Shown here piece by piece: positions 23,506 to 37,600 of a DNA stretch of 64,000 bases (positions are counted from its first letter, which is position 1; every line of letters starts with the position of its first letter). Under the pieces are notes generated by a model. The model did not search any database. It saw only the letters and a list, made by a program, of their open reading frames with translations, and was not told the DNA's origin. A program made the translations under genes and the position numbers. The stretch comes from Podarcis filfolensis (Eukaryota): the NCBI GenBank assembly GCA_964270895.1, contig OZ185439.1. The stretch is one strand, 5' to 3'.

Positions 23506-23599
23506 GCCCTATGCTACATTATGAGGCTTCAGAGAGACCCCAGGGGAAATTGGGAGGCTGACTGATAATGGGAAATAATTAACCCCTTGTCTGGTGGTA

Positions 23600-23843
23600 A
23601 GTAAAGGTAAAGGGACCCCTGACCATTAGGTCCAGTCGTGGCCAACTCTGGGGTTGTGGCACTCATCTCGCTTTATTAGCCGAGGGAGCCGGCGTACAGC
23701 TTCCAGGTCATGTGGCCAGCATGACTAAGCCACTTCTGGCGAACCAGAGCAGTGCATGGAAACGCCGTTTACCTTCCCATCGGAGCGGTACCTATTTATC
23801 TACTTGCACTTTGACGTGCTTTCGAACTGCTAGGTTGGCAGGA
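23600..23843 (-). mobile_element. 5'-truncated Sauria SINE
   Basis: SINE body without the tRNA head; 12-bp TSD TGTCTGGTGGTA (23588-23599, 23844-23855). Confidence 0.88.
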
Positions 23844-24425
23844 TGTCTGGTGGTAGCAAGTACTTAAAGGATAGAATGGTTGGCTAGTAGAGGGGTACAC
23901 TCTACTAACCAGGAATTGCTGTTCCTCAAACAGCACACGGTCCAAGTGGGCTGGGTGATGGCAATCACAAGATCTCATGGACTTTGTTGGTTTCTGTGCA
24001 CTTTGAAGGCCCTACCCCTTCACATTTGGGCATTTTAGAATTGTGACATAGAAAAGCTTTGGCACTCACAATTACTGGGCAAGCACCCATAATGCCACAA
24101 AAGCTTTTCCATTCCCACCCAGTAGATTGTGTATTGTCATCTCTACAGTGCTGTTGTCTCCAGACCCTCATTCTTCTCTCTCTTTGAAGAAGGAATGAAG
24201 TTTAAGGAGCAATTCAACAGGGAGAGGATTTCATTGTTCAAAGTAAGTAGTAATAGACATGTCCTTGGTGAATTTTCCACTCTAAGAAATGCTCAAAAGC
24301 AGCTGAATAGGATGCACGTTGTTTGTGTTGCTAGGATATCGCAAAAATTATTCAATGAACTTGGGAGGCTAGGATCTGCAGAGGTAAACATGAAAAATTA
24401 GAGATAAGCGACACAAACCACTCTA

Positions 24426-24431
24426 TTTATT
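24426..24431 (-). terminator. ECT2: Probable ECT2 polyadenylation signal (AATAAA), giving a ~1.15 kb AU-rich 3' UTR
   Basis: tttatt on + strand about 1150 nt past the stop codon, at the end of a repeat-free AT-rich stretch. Confidence 0.6.
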
Positions 24432-25582
24432 TACACAAGCTTCTGCCAGTATATAATTTTTAAAAATACAAGTAGTAAAAAAAAAGTGGCACAGGTTACA
24501 CTTATTAGTAGCAGTCAGTGGTTAAGAGAAAATGGGATATTGGAAATCCCACCCACTCCAACACCCATATATGGACAGCAACAAACCAAGTTTATCGTAT
24601 GCAGAAACTTAATTTTCAGAGAGAGTTTAGAAGTATAGTTTGAAAACCTGATATTTAAAAAGTTTAAGATGTGAGAAAATACTGTATAAAAAAACCCTAA
24701 AGAAAACAAGGTGAACATTTTTATATGAAAGCCTTTGAATAATAAAAAAATAGCAGCTGTAGATATTGAAATCGGATCTACATTTTCATCTCCATACGAA
24801 ATCTGTGCACAAAAAACTAAGTATATTAAGAAATTGAAGTGTTACACTTGAGTTTTAGATATAGCTTTTTTATATTAAAAAAAATGGTCCCCATTCAAAA
24901 ATTATAAATACAATTTAGTACAGTGATTTTTCTAGGGGCTTCCACTTCAGGTGATTTTGCATTTTGTTGGGCAACAGTAAAACCTAGCAGCTAAAGAGCA
25001 TCAGACCAACAGACATGTGGGCCAACCATTTGCATATTTCCACTAAACCACCGCCACCGATGCACTTTCATCATGCTTGAAGTATAATTTAGGCTTTAAA
25101 AAAACAGATTTATACTTTAAACAGTAAGCAAGTGTTTCACTTTGGATATTGGTCTATGCAATGGTTAATTCGAACCGTCAGCCTCTAAACGTACAAACAC
25201 TATTTTTAAAGCAAAATCCGCCATCCTCAGCCAGTGCGGGCATCAGTGAGCAACGTCTAAATATCCGCAGGCAGGTCCAACACTGGTTTATTCATAAAGT
25301 CACTGCGCAATGTTTACACTAAGCAGAATATTTCCATTATGCCAATAGGATGATTTGTGCAAAGGAATATGTTCTCTCCAAGCCAAGGTTGAGTTCTTCA
25401 GTTGTTTAGTAGGCACATCAGACAACTCTTGGTGATTAATTTAGTGTTATCTAAAACGCTTACTAATTCCCACTAAGTGCTAACTAAGTACCACCGTTCA
25501 TGTCAGTAAATGGTCACTTCAAAAAGCTAGACCACTTTCCGTCAGTCAAAATTGTAAGTTGCAACTCCATTTCCTGTCCATG

Positions 25583-25672
25583 TCATATTAAGTGAGTAGT
25601 TGACCGACTTAAAGTATGACTCCTCTTTTCAAACACTGATGGCAGGTTGATCAAGGACGGAGAGTGGATGCC
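25583..25672 (-). CDS. ECT2: ECT2 coding exon 24 (last, 90 nt incl. TGA)
   Basis: GIHSPSLINLPSVFEKRSHTLSRSTTHLI*; gaacag| acceptor. Confidence 0.95.
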   Translation of the reverse strand, partial: GIHSPSLINLPSVFEKRSHTLSRSTTHLI

Positions 25673-28600
25673 CTGTTCAAAGAAAAGAAGAAATATTAAG
25701 TGTATACATCTCCCGTGGAAGAAATACTTCTAATGTGTGCCTGGAAAAGGAGGGGGGGATTCAAGGGGATCACAAGGAAGGAGAGATCTTCCCCGCTTTA
25801 AAATCCAGGTTTTCAAAGTGTCAGCAAGTTAGGCGGACATACGTCTTCAGAAACACTATTGAGAGGTTGTGTGTGTGTTGCATTTCTATTAAGCAGCAGC
25901 TTCTCCAACTCAGCCTTTCGACATGTAAGGTTTTCTAATGTAGCCAAGCCTCAAGAGAAATAAAGATGAGGCATTGCTTTCTACTTAAACGTATGCAAGA
26001 GCAGTTCTGCCCTCACTGCATTTTCGTGCCTTCAAAGTGGCGTCTAAAAGAAGGGCAAGAAAGATAGAAAAAACCTCTCAGACTATTATAAGATCGCTAT
26101 ACATTTTACAACTATATCACAATCACAATTATCCATAATCGCTATAACAACTGAAAGGTTTTGTTTTTGTATAGGGCAAGCTTCAAAGTCATTTAAAAAT
26201 ACTGACAGCTTGCAGCAGGCAAAGGGTATTGTAACTGGTGCAAGAATATATTTTATAGGAGCTCCTAACCCCCCAAAAATAGTGCCCTGCAGGTCACTTT
26301 AGCCAAATGACTTCTTTTAGGATATCCGGTTATCTTAGTAATTCTGCTACACACCCACTGCAAGAGATTGAAGGAATGGACAGAACTTCCAAATGTCAAA
26401 GCTACCTTTTTCTCAAGTAAATAGCCACATAGTTTTGTTTTCTAAAAAAGCATATGTACCTTAAAATGCCAGAAAACATGGAAAGAAACCCAGAGCAAGA
26501 TCAGTATCAGTGGTGACCATGCAAACACCATTAATTCAAATGAAGGAATTTTGGGACAGAAGTGAAAGAGTGCTTAAGAGAGGCCCAGAACCTGAAAAAT
26601 GTTAGACAGACTGTATTTAAGGCCAGTCTCTTTGCCTCCAAGAAGTGCCCAACAAGGAGGTAGCAGAGCTCACTTTAGGCGGCCCTCTGGTCATCAGTCA
26701 CTTCCTCTCTGGTGGTGCTGATGACTGGGCAAGGACCGGGCAGGGAACAGGTGTTTAGGCTGTCAGAGCTGGAAGCAACTCTCCCTTCTACACCATGGGA
26801 AGCAGCTATCAGAGGCCGAGGCCTAGAGCTCGGGGAGTTCCCATCAACGGAGTTGGAACGCTGCACACTAACAATGTGCTTAACTGGTTCACATAAACTG
26901 TACGTAGAAGCGCAGCGAGTAATCTAAAAACATTGTGGGAAGAGGGGAACGGAGAGTTAATCCACACATCGCATTCAGTCCAGATCTATCACGATCTCCC
27001 ATTGTGCTTCTCCCCGTACCATTTTATTTTAGATTAAGGAAGAGCCTGGCTAGGCTGACAAGCCAAGGACAACGTGCTAAATGCTTCCTTTGAGCCCTTC
27101 AGTCCAAGATGTGCTTGAACTAGATTTACCTTTCAGAGATTACGATGCTCCACCTGTATGACTAATTCCTCTGTTCTGTATTTCAGTAATTTATACCTTC
27201 CAAAACAAAAGTCTCTTTCAACCCAAGGACATTCTACTGCTGGGAGATGCCTGTTGTGTTGTAGAGTGGGAGAAAAGGGGGGAGGCACTAAAGCAGTTCT
27301 GGCTCTAAGAAGAGATCCGCAGGTGTATGACACCACCTAGACCTAGGCCTTCAGACCTAGTTTATATATCAAAGTACATCCAAATTATAAAGCGCTCACT
27401 GTGCTTAAATTGCAAGAGTAGTTGTTTTTTTAATGGTACGATATGGCCTAGATTTCATCTTCAGTGGCTATCTCCATGTTTGCTCATTCATCTTCCATGA
27501 AAATACTTAGCAGTACGTGGAATAAGTTGCATACTTCATTACAGTCATCATAAATAAATGCCAATATTACAAGTGAAGTGTCTATGAGTGGACCTAAAGC
27601 CAATAAAATTGACCAGTTTGGCAAAGGTCATTGGGTGAGCACATTGCAGAGACAAGGACTGAACTGGAGATTACTGGGCTTAAAGGTCAGTCTTAATCGG
27701 TCTCTATGCTACCCCTGCGATAGGAGTCATTAAATGATTTGGTCAACATTGGCATTTCAGGGATGACACAGGAAGATGTTCAAAACCACCCAGCATATCC
27801 ATCATGGCTGTATTGAGCCTTATCTCCCAGTTCAGAGACAGGTTCAGCCCAACAAATCGCCTGCACTTTTAGGAAAGAACTAGTTACTCATCTAACAATA
27901 GCCCCCTTTTCTTAACATCTACAGAGCTAGTTCTTGGTATGAGCTTTCGTGTGCATGCACACTTCTTCAGATACACAGTGTGCATGCACACGAAAGCTCA
28001 TACCAAGAACTAACTTAGTTGGTCTTTAAGGTGCTACTGGAAGGAAAAAAAAAATTTTTGTTTTGACTATGGCAGACCAACACGGCTACCTATCTGTATC
28101 TACAGAGCTAACATCCACACCCTTTCCTCCACTGGGCAAAAAAAATCTTTTGGAGTAGAGTCTGCAAAAATTCTATTCAAAGGCTTGCAGCACCCTCTGC
28201 TCCAAGAGGCTCACCCAGGTACCAACACCACATGCAGCTGCTTTCATAATATCAGTAAAAGTGGGTTGGGATCAGGGAAACTAAGTAGAGAACTGTGACA
28301 TTTTATGGGTTTTGATGCAATGGAGCAGAGAAAAGAAATTTCCCGCTCACAACAGCTGGAGAACTATGTATGTTCTGGGAATGAGGTCCATCTATCCAGT
28401 TTAGAATGGCAGACACTGCCTGGCAGGATGGCAGCACCAAATTGTGTTTTCAAGAGATATTGAGCATTCCCATTTCAAGTGCTGTTACAGTGCAAGGACA
28501 CCCTCTTAAGGTTATTTCCCTTACGGCCTGATGTAGAAAAGGAAAACTTGGCCGTGCTTGTTGTGGTTAGTGGAACAGTTCATCAGAGGAGCAAGCAGCC

Positions 28601-31600
28601 CTGCTGTGGAGACAAGGCCAGCCACCCTTCGTTGGCTTCATTCACCTAGGACCGCTAGACGCCATCACAAAACATTGAACGCAACTCCTCCAAAGGGACT
28701 AACAGTCCAAATGTACATTTATCTATATGATTCAAGAGGGTCATTCCATCCCATGCTTTTGATTAATCTTTATAGCTGTAATATTTTTAACTTCTCCTTG
28801 TCACTTTTTTTTTCTTTCTTCTTTTCTGGGAAGCCCTTTTTTGCCAGAACACACAACCACAAGACATTTAATAAGATCCAAATTCCCCAAAAGGAAAGCC
28901 ATAGCTCAGTGTTTGAGAATCTGCTCAGGGTGCAGAAGGCTCTACGTTCAAACCCTGGCATCTCCAGATAGGGCTGGGACAGACCACACTTGAAACCCTG
29001 AAGAGCTGCTGCCAGTCAGTGTAGGCTATACTGAGCTAGATGGGCTCAATCGCCTGACTCAGCATAAGGCAGCTTCCTATGCACCCTAGCCCACAACCCA
29101 ACTTTTATCTACCAAAAAGGAATTTCCTGCACTCAGACTGTTCTCTCTTTCATGGCTGCAGAACCTCTGAGCACCTTCGTAGCTCAGTTTCTGAAACGTT
29201 TTGTTTTCTCAAATGTCTTTAATTGGTCACAAGAGAGCAGATTTTCTTCTGTAAGATACATTCCTCACTATCTCCTCCAGGCATGCTCACTTCTGCCTGA
29301 CATTTAGAGTGGATTTCTCTACTACAATTGAGATCTTTTAATTACATTGACCACACAGGTGTTATGACTTCCGGAGAGAGATTAACAGACATGATTACAA
29401 TAAGCTTCATTATTGAAATAAGAACAGTGCAGGAGCCGGCCTCCCCACTCGGGGCTTTTATATTAGTCAAGACTTCTCTGGGAAAAGTCACTTACAGCTA
29501 GCGATGAAGTACTGGCAACGCGTCCTCCTAAGTAATTCTCACTAGCTGGGAAGAAAGTCCTTCCTTCGACGCTGCTGTGTGCCATCAATGCTCTCCGGAG
29601 CGCTCTCTTTGGTGTCTTGGAGAATGAGAATGCTCGTGTCACCTGCAGAGTTTTAAGAACCACGTTAAGTAAACTGTAGGAAAGACTACAGTGTTACCCT
29701 TATTTAAAATACGGGGAAATCGATTCCACATTTTTCAGTAAGGTTTCTTCTGCTGTTCTATGCTGATACATTTGTTGCATTTTGCTTACCACTAGCCAAA
29801 GCAGCAAGGATTAAATATATTTGATAAGAACATAACATCCCTGGTGGATCAGGCCAGATTCCCATCTAGTCTAGCATCCTCTCCTCACAGTGGCCAGCCA
29901 GATGTGTCCAACACATCTGCAGTCCAACAGCGCTCACCCCACTTGTGATTCCCGGGAACTGGTACTCAGAGACATACTGCCTCTGGCAATATAGCCATGG
30001 AGGCTAATAATGCAGCCTTACCCTCCATGAATTTGCCTAATGTTCCTTTAAAGTCACCCAACCATCTTGTTCCCATTCATGCCTATTCCAGCCTCACACT
30101 TCATATCGCTATAGATTTGCTAGTCAAACAACATTATATTACTTTTTTTCCCCCAACACAAACCAACCAAGATTCTTAAAGCACCTAAAAGACTAACACA
30201 TTTATTATGGTGTAAGCTTCTGTGGACTAGAGCTCGCTTCCTCAGATGCAGGATCAACATCTATATTGAGAGGAATGGGGGGGGGGGAATCATACATAGA
30301 GAAACAGTCACACCCTGGATATAGAAAGGGGGGGGGACTGTAAATAGTGGAATCAAATGCCAATGGAAGTGACATAAAAGGCCACTGTTTTCAAAAACCC
30401 AAACCCAAAACTAACATGGCCCTACCCCCCTCAAATTTGTCACAATTTGTTTCAACATGAAAAAGTTATGATCTTTTTACTGGTGCCAAACTCTCAAACT
30501 CTGTGCTGGAATAGTAACACGTAAAAGATTGAGAGAAGACAACATACATCAGCTAAAAGCTCCTTACACAATTGAGGGCTACTGCACAATATACCTCTGG
30601 AAACATCTGTCAGTGGTTTACATTCATTCTCTCCTGATGTGCGGAGCATGTGCAAGTGTTACCTTTAGGCGCAAGTATTCCAGTGCAATAAAACTTGTCA
30701 CCGGGAAGGGAACTGAATGGGTTTTGCCCCCCAAATGAAAAAGCTTGATGCGAGAAGATAGCTTCAGAATAGCATTTCTTTATTAGTTAAACCTCGTACC
30801 TTTTTGGATGTTTTTTTAATGGCCCGGGATGCCCTGCTCAGTGTGCTGTCCACATCCTTCGTGCTTACTTCAATGGAATCTGGATCAGTAGCGTAAATGA
30901 GATCTTCCTGCAAAGGGAAGAAGGCTTGAGAACTTACTCAAAGGCGAAGCCACTGTGAGAGTAAGAGATTCACGTTTCAAAAATCAACACAAGACTTCAA
31001 ATTCTCAGACACCGTCCTCAGATTCTCACTACCAAAGACAAAACTTTCCAGATAGGAGTTGCAAACCTTCAGAACTCTACTGCTTAGCCAGCAGGTAGGA
31101 AAAACAAAGAGCAAAATTAAAGGCTTTACTGCCACCATGTGGGGCATGGAAGTCAGTGTACACATCGCTATGAAAAAGCAAAGTCCCTTTAGTCTGGAAA
31201 AGGGAAAGTTTGTGACTTCAACTGACAAGGTGGCAACAATTCCTAAGTCCAGTCTTACCTAGTGATGGGGATCCCTCAACATTCAGAGTTTATTACAGCA
31301 GCTAAAATACACACCACTTCCTTTTTCAACAGCAGCACACTTTCAACCATGAAATGTTCCATGTTTTTAAGAGGTCTTAAAAGATATAGTGGTACCTTGG
31401 TAGTCAAACAGCTTGGCTCCCAAACAAATTAGCTCCCAAACGCCGTAAACCCGGAAGTGAGTGTTTGGGTTTGCAAATGTTTTTTGGAAGCCGAACATCT
31501 GACGCGGCTTCCGATTGAGTGCAGGAAGCTCCTGCAGCCAATCGGAAGCCGTGCCTTGGTTTTCGAACAGTTTCGGGAGTCAAATGGACTCCCTGAACAG

Positions 31601-34600
31601 ATTCAGTTTGAGAACCAAGGTACCACTGTATTTAGCTCTGCCAGGAAAAAGCCTATTCAAAGACAGCTCTTTTGTACATTTAGGAGTCGAATCCTAAGTA
31701 CAGTCAGAAGAATCCGATATAATGGACTTGTACATGGTTTCAGCTTGACAACAACTGTGTGTTTTTCATACGTAGGGCAATGCTGTGCTTTTAGCCCCAT
31801 CCCCAATATCACACCAGGACAGCTGGGTGTCCTGACCACAGAGAACTCTTACACACGAGCAAGAACTTGTGCATTGCTCCTTTTCAGACAACTGCAAAAA
31901 ATGCAGTTGTTAAAGGAATCGGGCAAGGCTAAAAACACAAACCGGGGAATAAGACATTGCCCTACACCAAAGCAGTAGACACATAGAATACTATATAAAA
32001 CAATGTCTTTCGTTGAATAAATTCCCTTGGAGCACTTGCAACCCTAAATCAACTCCACTGAAATACAGAATGTTTAGAATTGGGGTGTGTTGTGAGTAAT
32101 ATGCAAACCAAACGGCACCTTATGATAGGTTTATTCTCTGGAACCACTGAGTGACAGAGTCCCAGTACCACATTCTTTTACTTTTGTAAGCATAGACATG
32201 CACAACTGACATTAGGCAATCGTCTTTCCCTAGAAGAATGAATCAATCAAGTGATCACCTAAAGCCTAATGGTGAACATGCAGGATCTGCTGGAAATAAA
32301 ATAATTGTTTAGCACACACACATTCTGCCTTCTCCCAACAGACATCAAGGCAGCCATCAACAACAAATTAAAAGAATGACTGCTTTGCTCAAAGCTATTT
32401 GATTAAATTATTTTAATGGTACTTTTTATTTTGCTGTTTTAGAGTTTTTATAAAACAAGAGAGATAGTTAACGTTCACGGCCCAACAGGCTTCCTGGAAA
32501 AGATGACTTACTATGCCATTTAATGTATGCTACCTCATACTAAACAGGTGGGCAGGCAAAGCAGATCTCTATATAACACTATTTATTAGGGGTGATTAAT
32601 GGCAACAAAATTCACCTTGTATTGGCAGCGTCTGCAAGCAACCCAATCTGCTCTGAATCCACAATGAATAATTGGATTCATTATTTCAGGTTTTCAAATC
32701 TGATCTGTTAGATCCCAAGTTCTGTTTCACACCCACTGACTATATGGGGAATCTAAAAACTGTTGTAGCCTTCCAAAAAAAAAAAAAAAACCTTCACATA
32801 AGTGGGTGAAATTTGTAGGCAAGGGAGCCCCTTCAGAGTGCATTAAGCCTGCCAAATTTCAGGCAGAGCCATCCAGCGGTTTTTTGCAGGGACCCCTTAC
32901 ATAAAAAAAAGACCTCTTAAGCTTTATTTTCTGCCAGAATTAGCTGCAAATTGCAGGCATGAATGCCCCTTCTGAGAGCATTAAGCCTGCCAAATCTCAG
33001 GAAAAATAGGTGCACAGGAGCAGACTTTCCCATTTTGGAGTGGGAAAATACAAATCGTTTTTCTATTTTATTTTTTATTTTATTTTTTGTGGGAAATCAA
33101 GTTTGAAAGCTGGGAGGCATGATGAAACTGCCCCTGGGTGGGAAACCAGCAGAAGTGCAGACAAGCAGGTTACTTGTTATGAAAAAAACTGGGAAAGAAG
33201 CAGGCTGACACAATAACCTAACTCCGTATGTCCTGCTATCACAGCCAAAGCTCAGAGAAAGATGACCCACATGGAGAGGTTTATTTACTTCAACATCATT
33301 CCCCCCCTCCCAATCACCCACTGGAGTGATTCAGAAAAATAATTCACTTTGATTAAAAGCTTGGCCTGTCTAGCAAAACAAGATATCCCTGCACCCTACC
33401 CCACCCTTCCAAAGCTCTGGGCAGCTTGGTTTCATTTCTCATAAAAGAAAAAAGGACCCTGTGCACCTATTTTTCTGACAGGCTTCATCTTGGGGGGCAG
33501 GGGAGAGAAGGCCTAAAGTGAATCAGCTTAGGAGGTCTCTGACCCCCCACAATATAGCTTGTTAACAGCACGACCCAACTTGGAAACATGAAATCATGGG
33601 CCACATCACTCCAATTCACCTCCTTATTTGGAGTATGCACAGAGCTGCTACATACCCCTATTTAAGTGCAACAGTGCACTCCAAACACAGATGTGCTGCA
33701 CCTGTTACAGCAATAACTCCAGGCAAGCATACCATGCAAACAAGAGCATTGCTCTTGTTCGTATGGCTTTGATTCTTACCTGGAAGTTAAGTGCCATTTA
33801 ACTCAAAGGGGTCTTTTCTGAATCCAAACATGCTGAGTTGTGGCTCTGTGGACAGCTCCATCAGGCACCTCCTGCCCCTGAACTGTGCCAGGGGGATGTT
33901 CTAGGAACAACTGTTTAATAACTGGTGCCCGAGTTTTGATTTTGATTTTCCTCTTCCCTCCCTGCCCCTTTCCCCTATTGTGCTGCATATTTTTAGATTG
34001 TAAGCCTGCAGGTAAGGACTGCTTTGTTCTGATTGTATGTAACCCACTTTGAGAGACTTTCTTGGCTGAAGAGTAGGGTGAAAATGCTGTAAGCCAGTGT
34101 GGTGCAGTGGTTAAGAGCGATAGTCTCGTAATCTGGGGAACTGGGTTCGCGTCTCCGCTCCTCCACCTGCAGCTGCTGGGTGACCTTGGGCCAGTCACAC
34201 TTCTCTGAAGTCTCTCAGCCCCACTCACCTCACAGAGTGTTTGTTGTGGGGGAGGAAGGGAAAGGAGAATGTTAGCCGCTTTGAGACTACTGAAGGGGAG
34301 TGAAAGGCGGGATATCAAATCCAAACTCTTCTTCTTCTTCTAAATAAATTATAAATGCAGGCGACTCCCCATTTACGCAGGAGTTATGTTCCGAGGCTCT
34401 GCACATTTAAGCAAAGCCACATTGATTTGAAACATCACTGAAAAAGCCCGCAAACACCCCGTTCATCTACATCTGGTTTCACACCCTCACTTGGCTCGGT
34501 GATTGACTTGCTTATACTGCTGTGCTCACTGATGCTGCTGACACCATTGCTTTGCCAACCACGAGAACAGGATGCGCTTTAAGCTCACTGAGTACAGATA

Positions 34601-37600
34601 CAGTCTCCAAGAGATTACAGCCTTAATGAACTGGCAGCAAGCTCTTCTGAGAAGTTGTCCCATCTTGCAGACCTTTGCCACAAGACATGCTACCAGTGGG
34701 CCTGTTAGTTCTGGCATAGCCACCTTACATAGATCTCTTAAACCTCTACACATTTTAAGCAGATTCAAGGTACAACCCCCTCGGCAGCTCTGATATCAAG
34801 AACTTACAGCATCTGCTTTGCATATCGTGTTGGCTACGTGCCGGCACAGCATCTTCAGCCAGTTCTCCTTGAGAGGTTCCTCAGTCGTTATCTGGAAGCT
34901 GAACAACAAGTTGCTCTGCTCGGTCGGTGGTCGCACAACTAACGCAAATGCTTTGTGGCACTCTGCAAACAACAGCAACAGATCAGTCAACAATCTGAGC
35001 AACTCACTATTAGAGGAAGAAGGGAGCATGGACGACTGAATGTTGTCCTAGGGTCAGCACAAGAACCAAAGTTTAGAAGCCTGAATATCAAAGAAGCGGG
35101 CAGGCCATCTCCGCACAGAACTGACTCTTCATATATTCATCTCAGCAGCGTCTCCCCATTTCAGCTGCCATGTGTGTGGGCTACAGAAGGAAGTCTAAAA
35201 ACACATCCTGCACATTGCGATGGAGAACCAGTGCACAGGACTTCTAATACTTGAGGAAACACCGCATGTTGGACATAAGGTGGGTCAGATTTCCCACCCA
35301 TAGAAAACAAGGGGATGAGGTTCAACAAAGGTCTTTAAGCAGTAGTGAAGCTGCAAGATGCTTTATGTAACCATCACAGGTCTGCCGTCACCAAAACAAG
35401 GTACAGCATCTCGGGGGACAGTGAAGTCTACAAAGCCGTGTGAGCAGAATAAAGATTCAGAAGATAAATATCCACATTCAGCCACAACAAAGAAGACGCT
35501 GCACAAAATTCGGAAGCAAGAGGCGAATGGCATTGTCACACCTTCAGTGACAAAGGTCCAAACCTTTCAACCTCACTATATAACCGCAGTAGTGTATGAT
35601 GCTTTTAAAAGACCCTGTGTTTTGCAGTTATGTCCTGGCTTTTAAGCACTGCTACTGCTCAGGCATGGGAGAATACCTAGTGAAATTATCCGGCCTGGTA
35701 TTGCTTGTATTCAGGGATTATTTCTTTCGACAACTCACATAACATTTTAAATACAAATTGTTCTAATCTGCCTTAGAGTGAAGGGAAGGTAAATCAAGGT
35801 ATTTGAATGGTGTGGTAAACGTAGAACAAAATGAAATTTAGGGATCAGGAAAGAGCCAGAGCCTATTAGAACAACAATCAGCAGAAAAAGGAGGGGTCAT
35901 CGAGGAGGACTGTGCTTCAAAATATTAAGACTGACAACAATGTTGAAAAAGCCCCCTGTGTGATTACAGAAATAAGGAATGGTCAAATAAAACAAGATAG
36001 AGTTATACCAGTGACTGACTGATCGAGAGAGGAGATTGTCAGTATTAGGATTGGAAAATTGTGAAGTAATTTGTGAAGATAACAGAAAAGATGGCCATTT
36101 AGCTCTTGAAATCCAAAACACGGGAAGTCCCATTGTAATTAACTAATTGGGATTATATAATTGGCTATATTGTTTTTTTGTTTTTGAATGTGGAAATATT
36201 TGGTTTGATTTGTTATTAATGTGAATGGTGTTTTTTTTAAAATTGGAAAAGGAATAAAAATTATTTACAAAACAAAAAAAGGAAAGAGCCATAGGATTTT
36301 GTGCATAACTTTCCACCGCCTATGAACTAAAGTCTCCTCCCCACCTTATTTCCCTCTCCTTCAATCACAGCCAGGTCACGAAGGTTTGGCTTGGAGTGCA
36401 AGAGCGAGTGCCTGGCCCAAGGTCACCCACCAGCCTTCATGGCCTAACAGGGACTTGAACCAAGTTCTTCCTCTCGCTAGGCCAAAACTCTCTACCAGGT
36501 GTGGGGAACTTTTGGCCCGCCAAATGTTAAAAGACAACAGCTCCCATGAGTCTCAGCAAGCAATATCAATCGGTGGGGATGACGGGAGCAGAAGTTCAGG
36601 AGAAAGGAGAGCCAGTGATTTCCCATACCTGCTCTATACCATGCTGGCTTTTTTATGTGCAATCACCAAGCTAAGTTAAAATGAACCTGGGAATGCTCTT
36701 AAACCCACTTTGAAACCCTGATTTAAAACAGCATTGTTGAGATGATGACGACAACAAGGCTCATTCTTATCCAGGATGGCAACCGTTAAGGTTTCATGTC
36801 AAACCCAGGCACAGTGGGCATTTGCAGATAGGGAAAGTGTACATAACCCTTAGCTTCCTCCTTAATTTTAGGTAGCTTTAACTTTGTACCAAACAGGTCT
36901 GACCTTGATGCAGAACACTATTTCTGAAGTTACAGGAAGAGACTCTTTCCAGCACCCTAGAATGATGCTCTGCCACACATCATTGCAGAGTCTGCACATG
37001 CAGGAAATTAAGAAGATTACAATGCTCTCTGCAGAAGGAAGCCACACTTATTTCAGTGAAACATGCAGGCATATAAATGATAGTCTAGAGAAAGTTACAC
37101 AAGCCTGCTGAAGGATCTTAAGACAGAACTGTGGGTTTAACTCCTGTTTAAGTTTCAAGTGCCAGTCATATCAATCTTTGTTCTTAAAAGGTTAATACGC
37201 CCACATGCAAAGCTTTATTTTTAGATAAAGCTTTCTGCCAAGGCACATGGAAACACTCGTTGAAGGGCTGTGAGCTCTGAAAGCCTTGAGTGATTTTCTC
37301 CAACTCCTGACATTTGACCATCTTCTCTCACTGCTCCTTTTAATGGTTACTTCCAGCTCCCTGGCCCCCAGGTGAAACCTCTTTGGAAGGTATCTTGTTA
37401 TTCAGCTGTGCCAAAACATATCAGCGTTTGAAGTCCATCACTCTGCATTATTAGTCCTCAAAAATCCACATTCCACTGCCAATGTTCATACCTTCTGTCT
37501 CTCGGATGTCTAGTACTTTTTTGATCTGAGACAGGGGCATGAGGATGATGTGCTTGAGACAGGCTGGTGGCCTGGTATGGCCATGAGGACTCTTGAAGCC

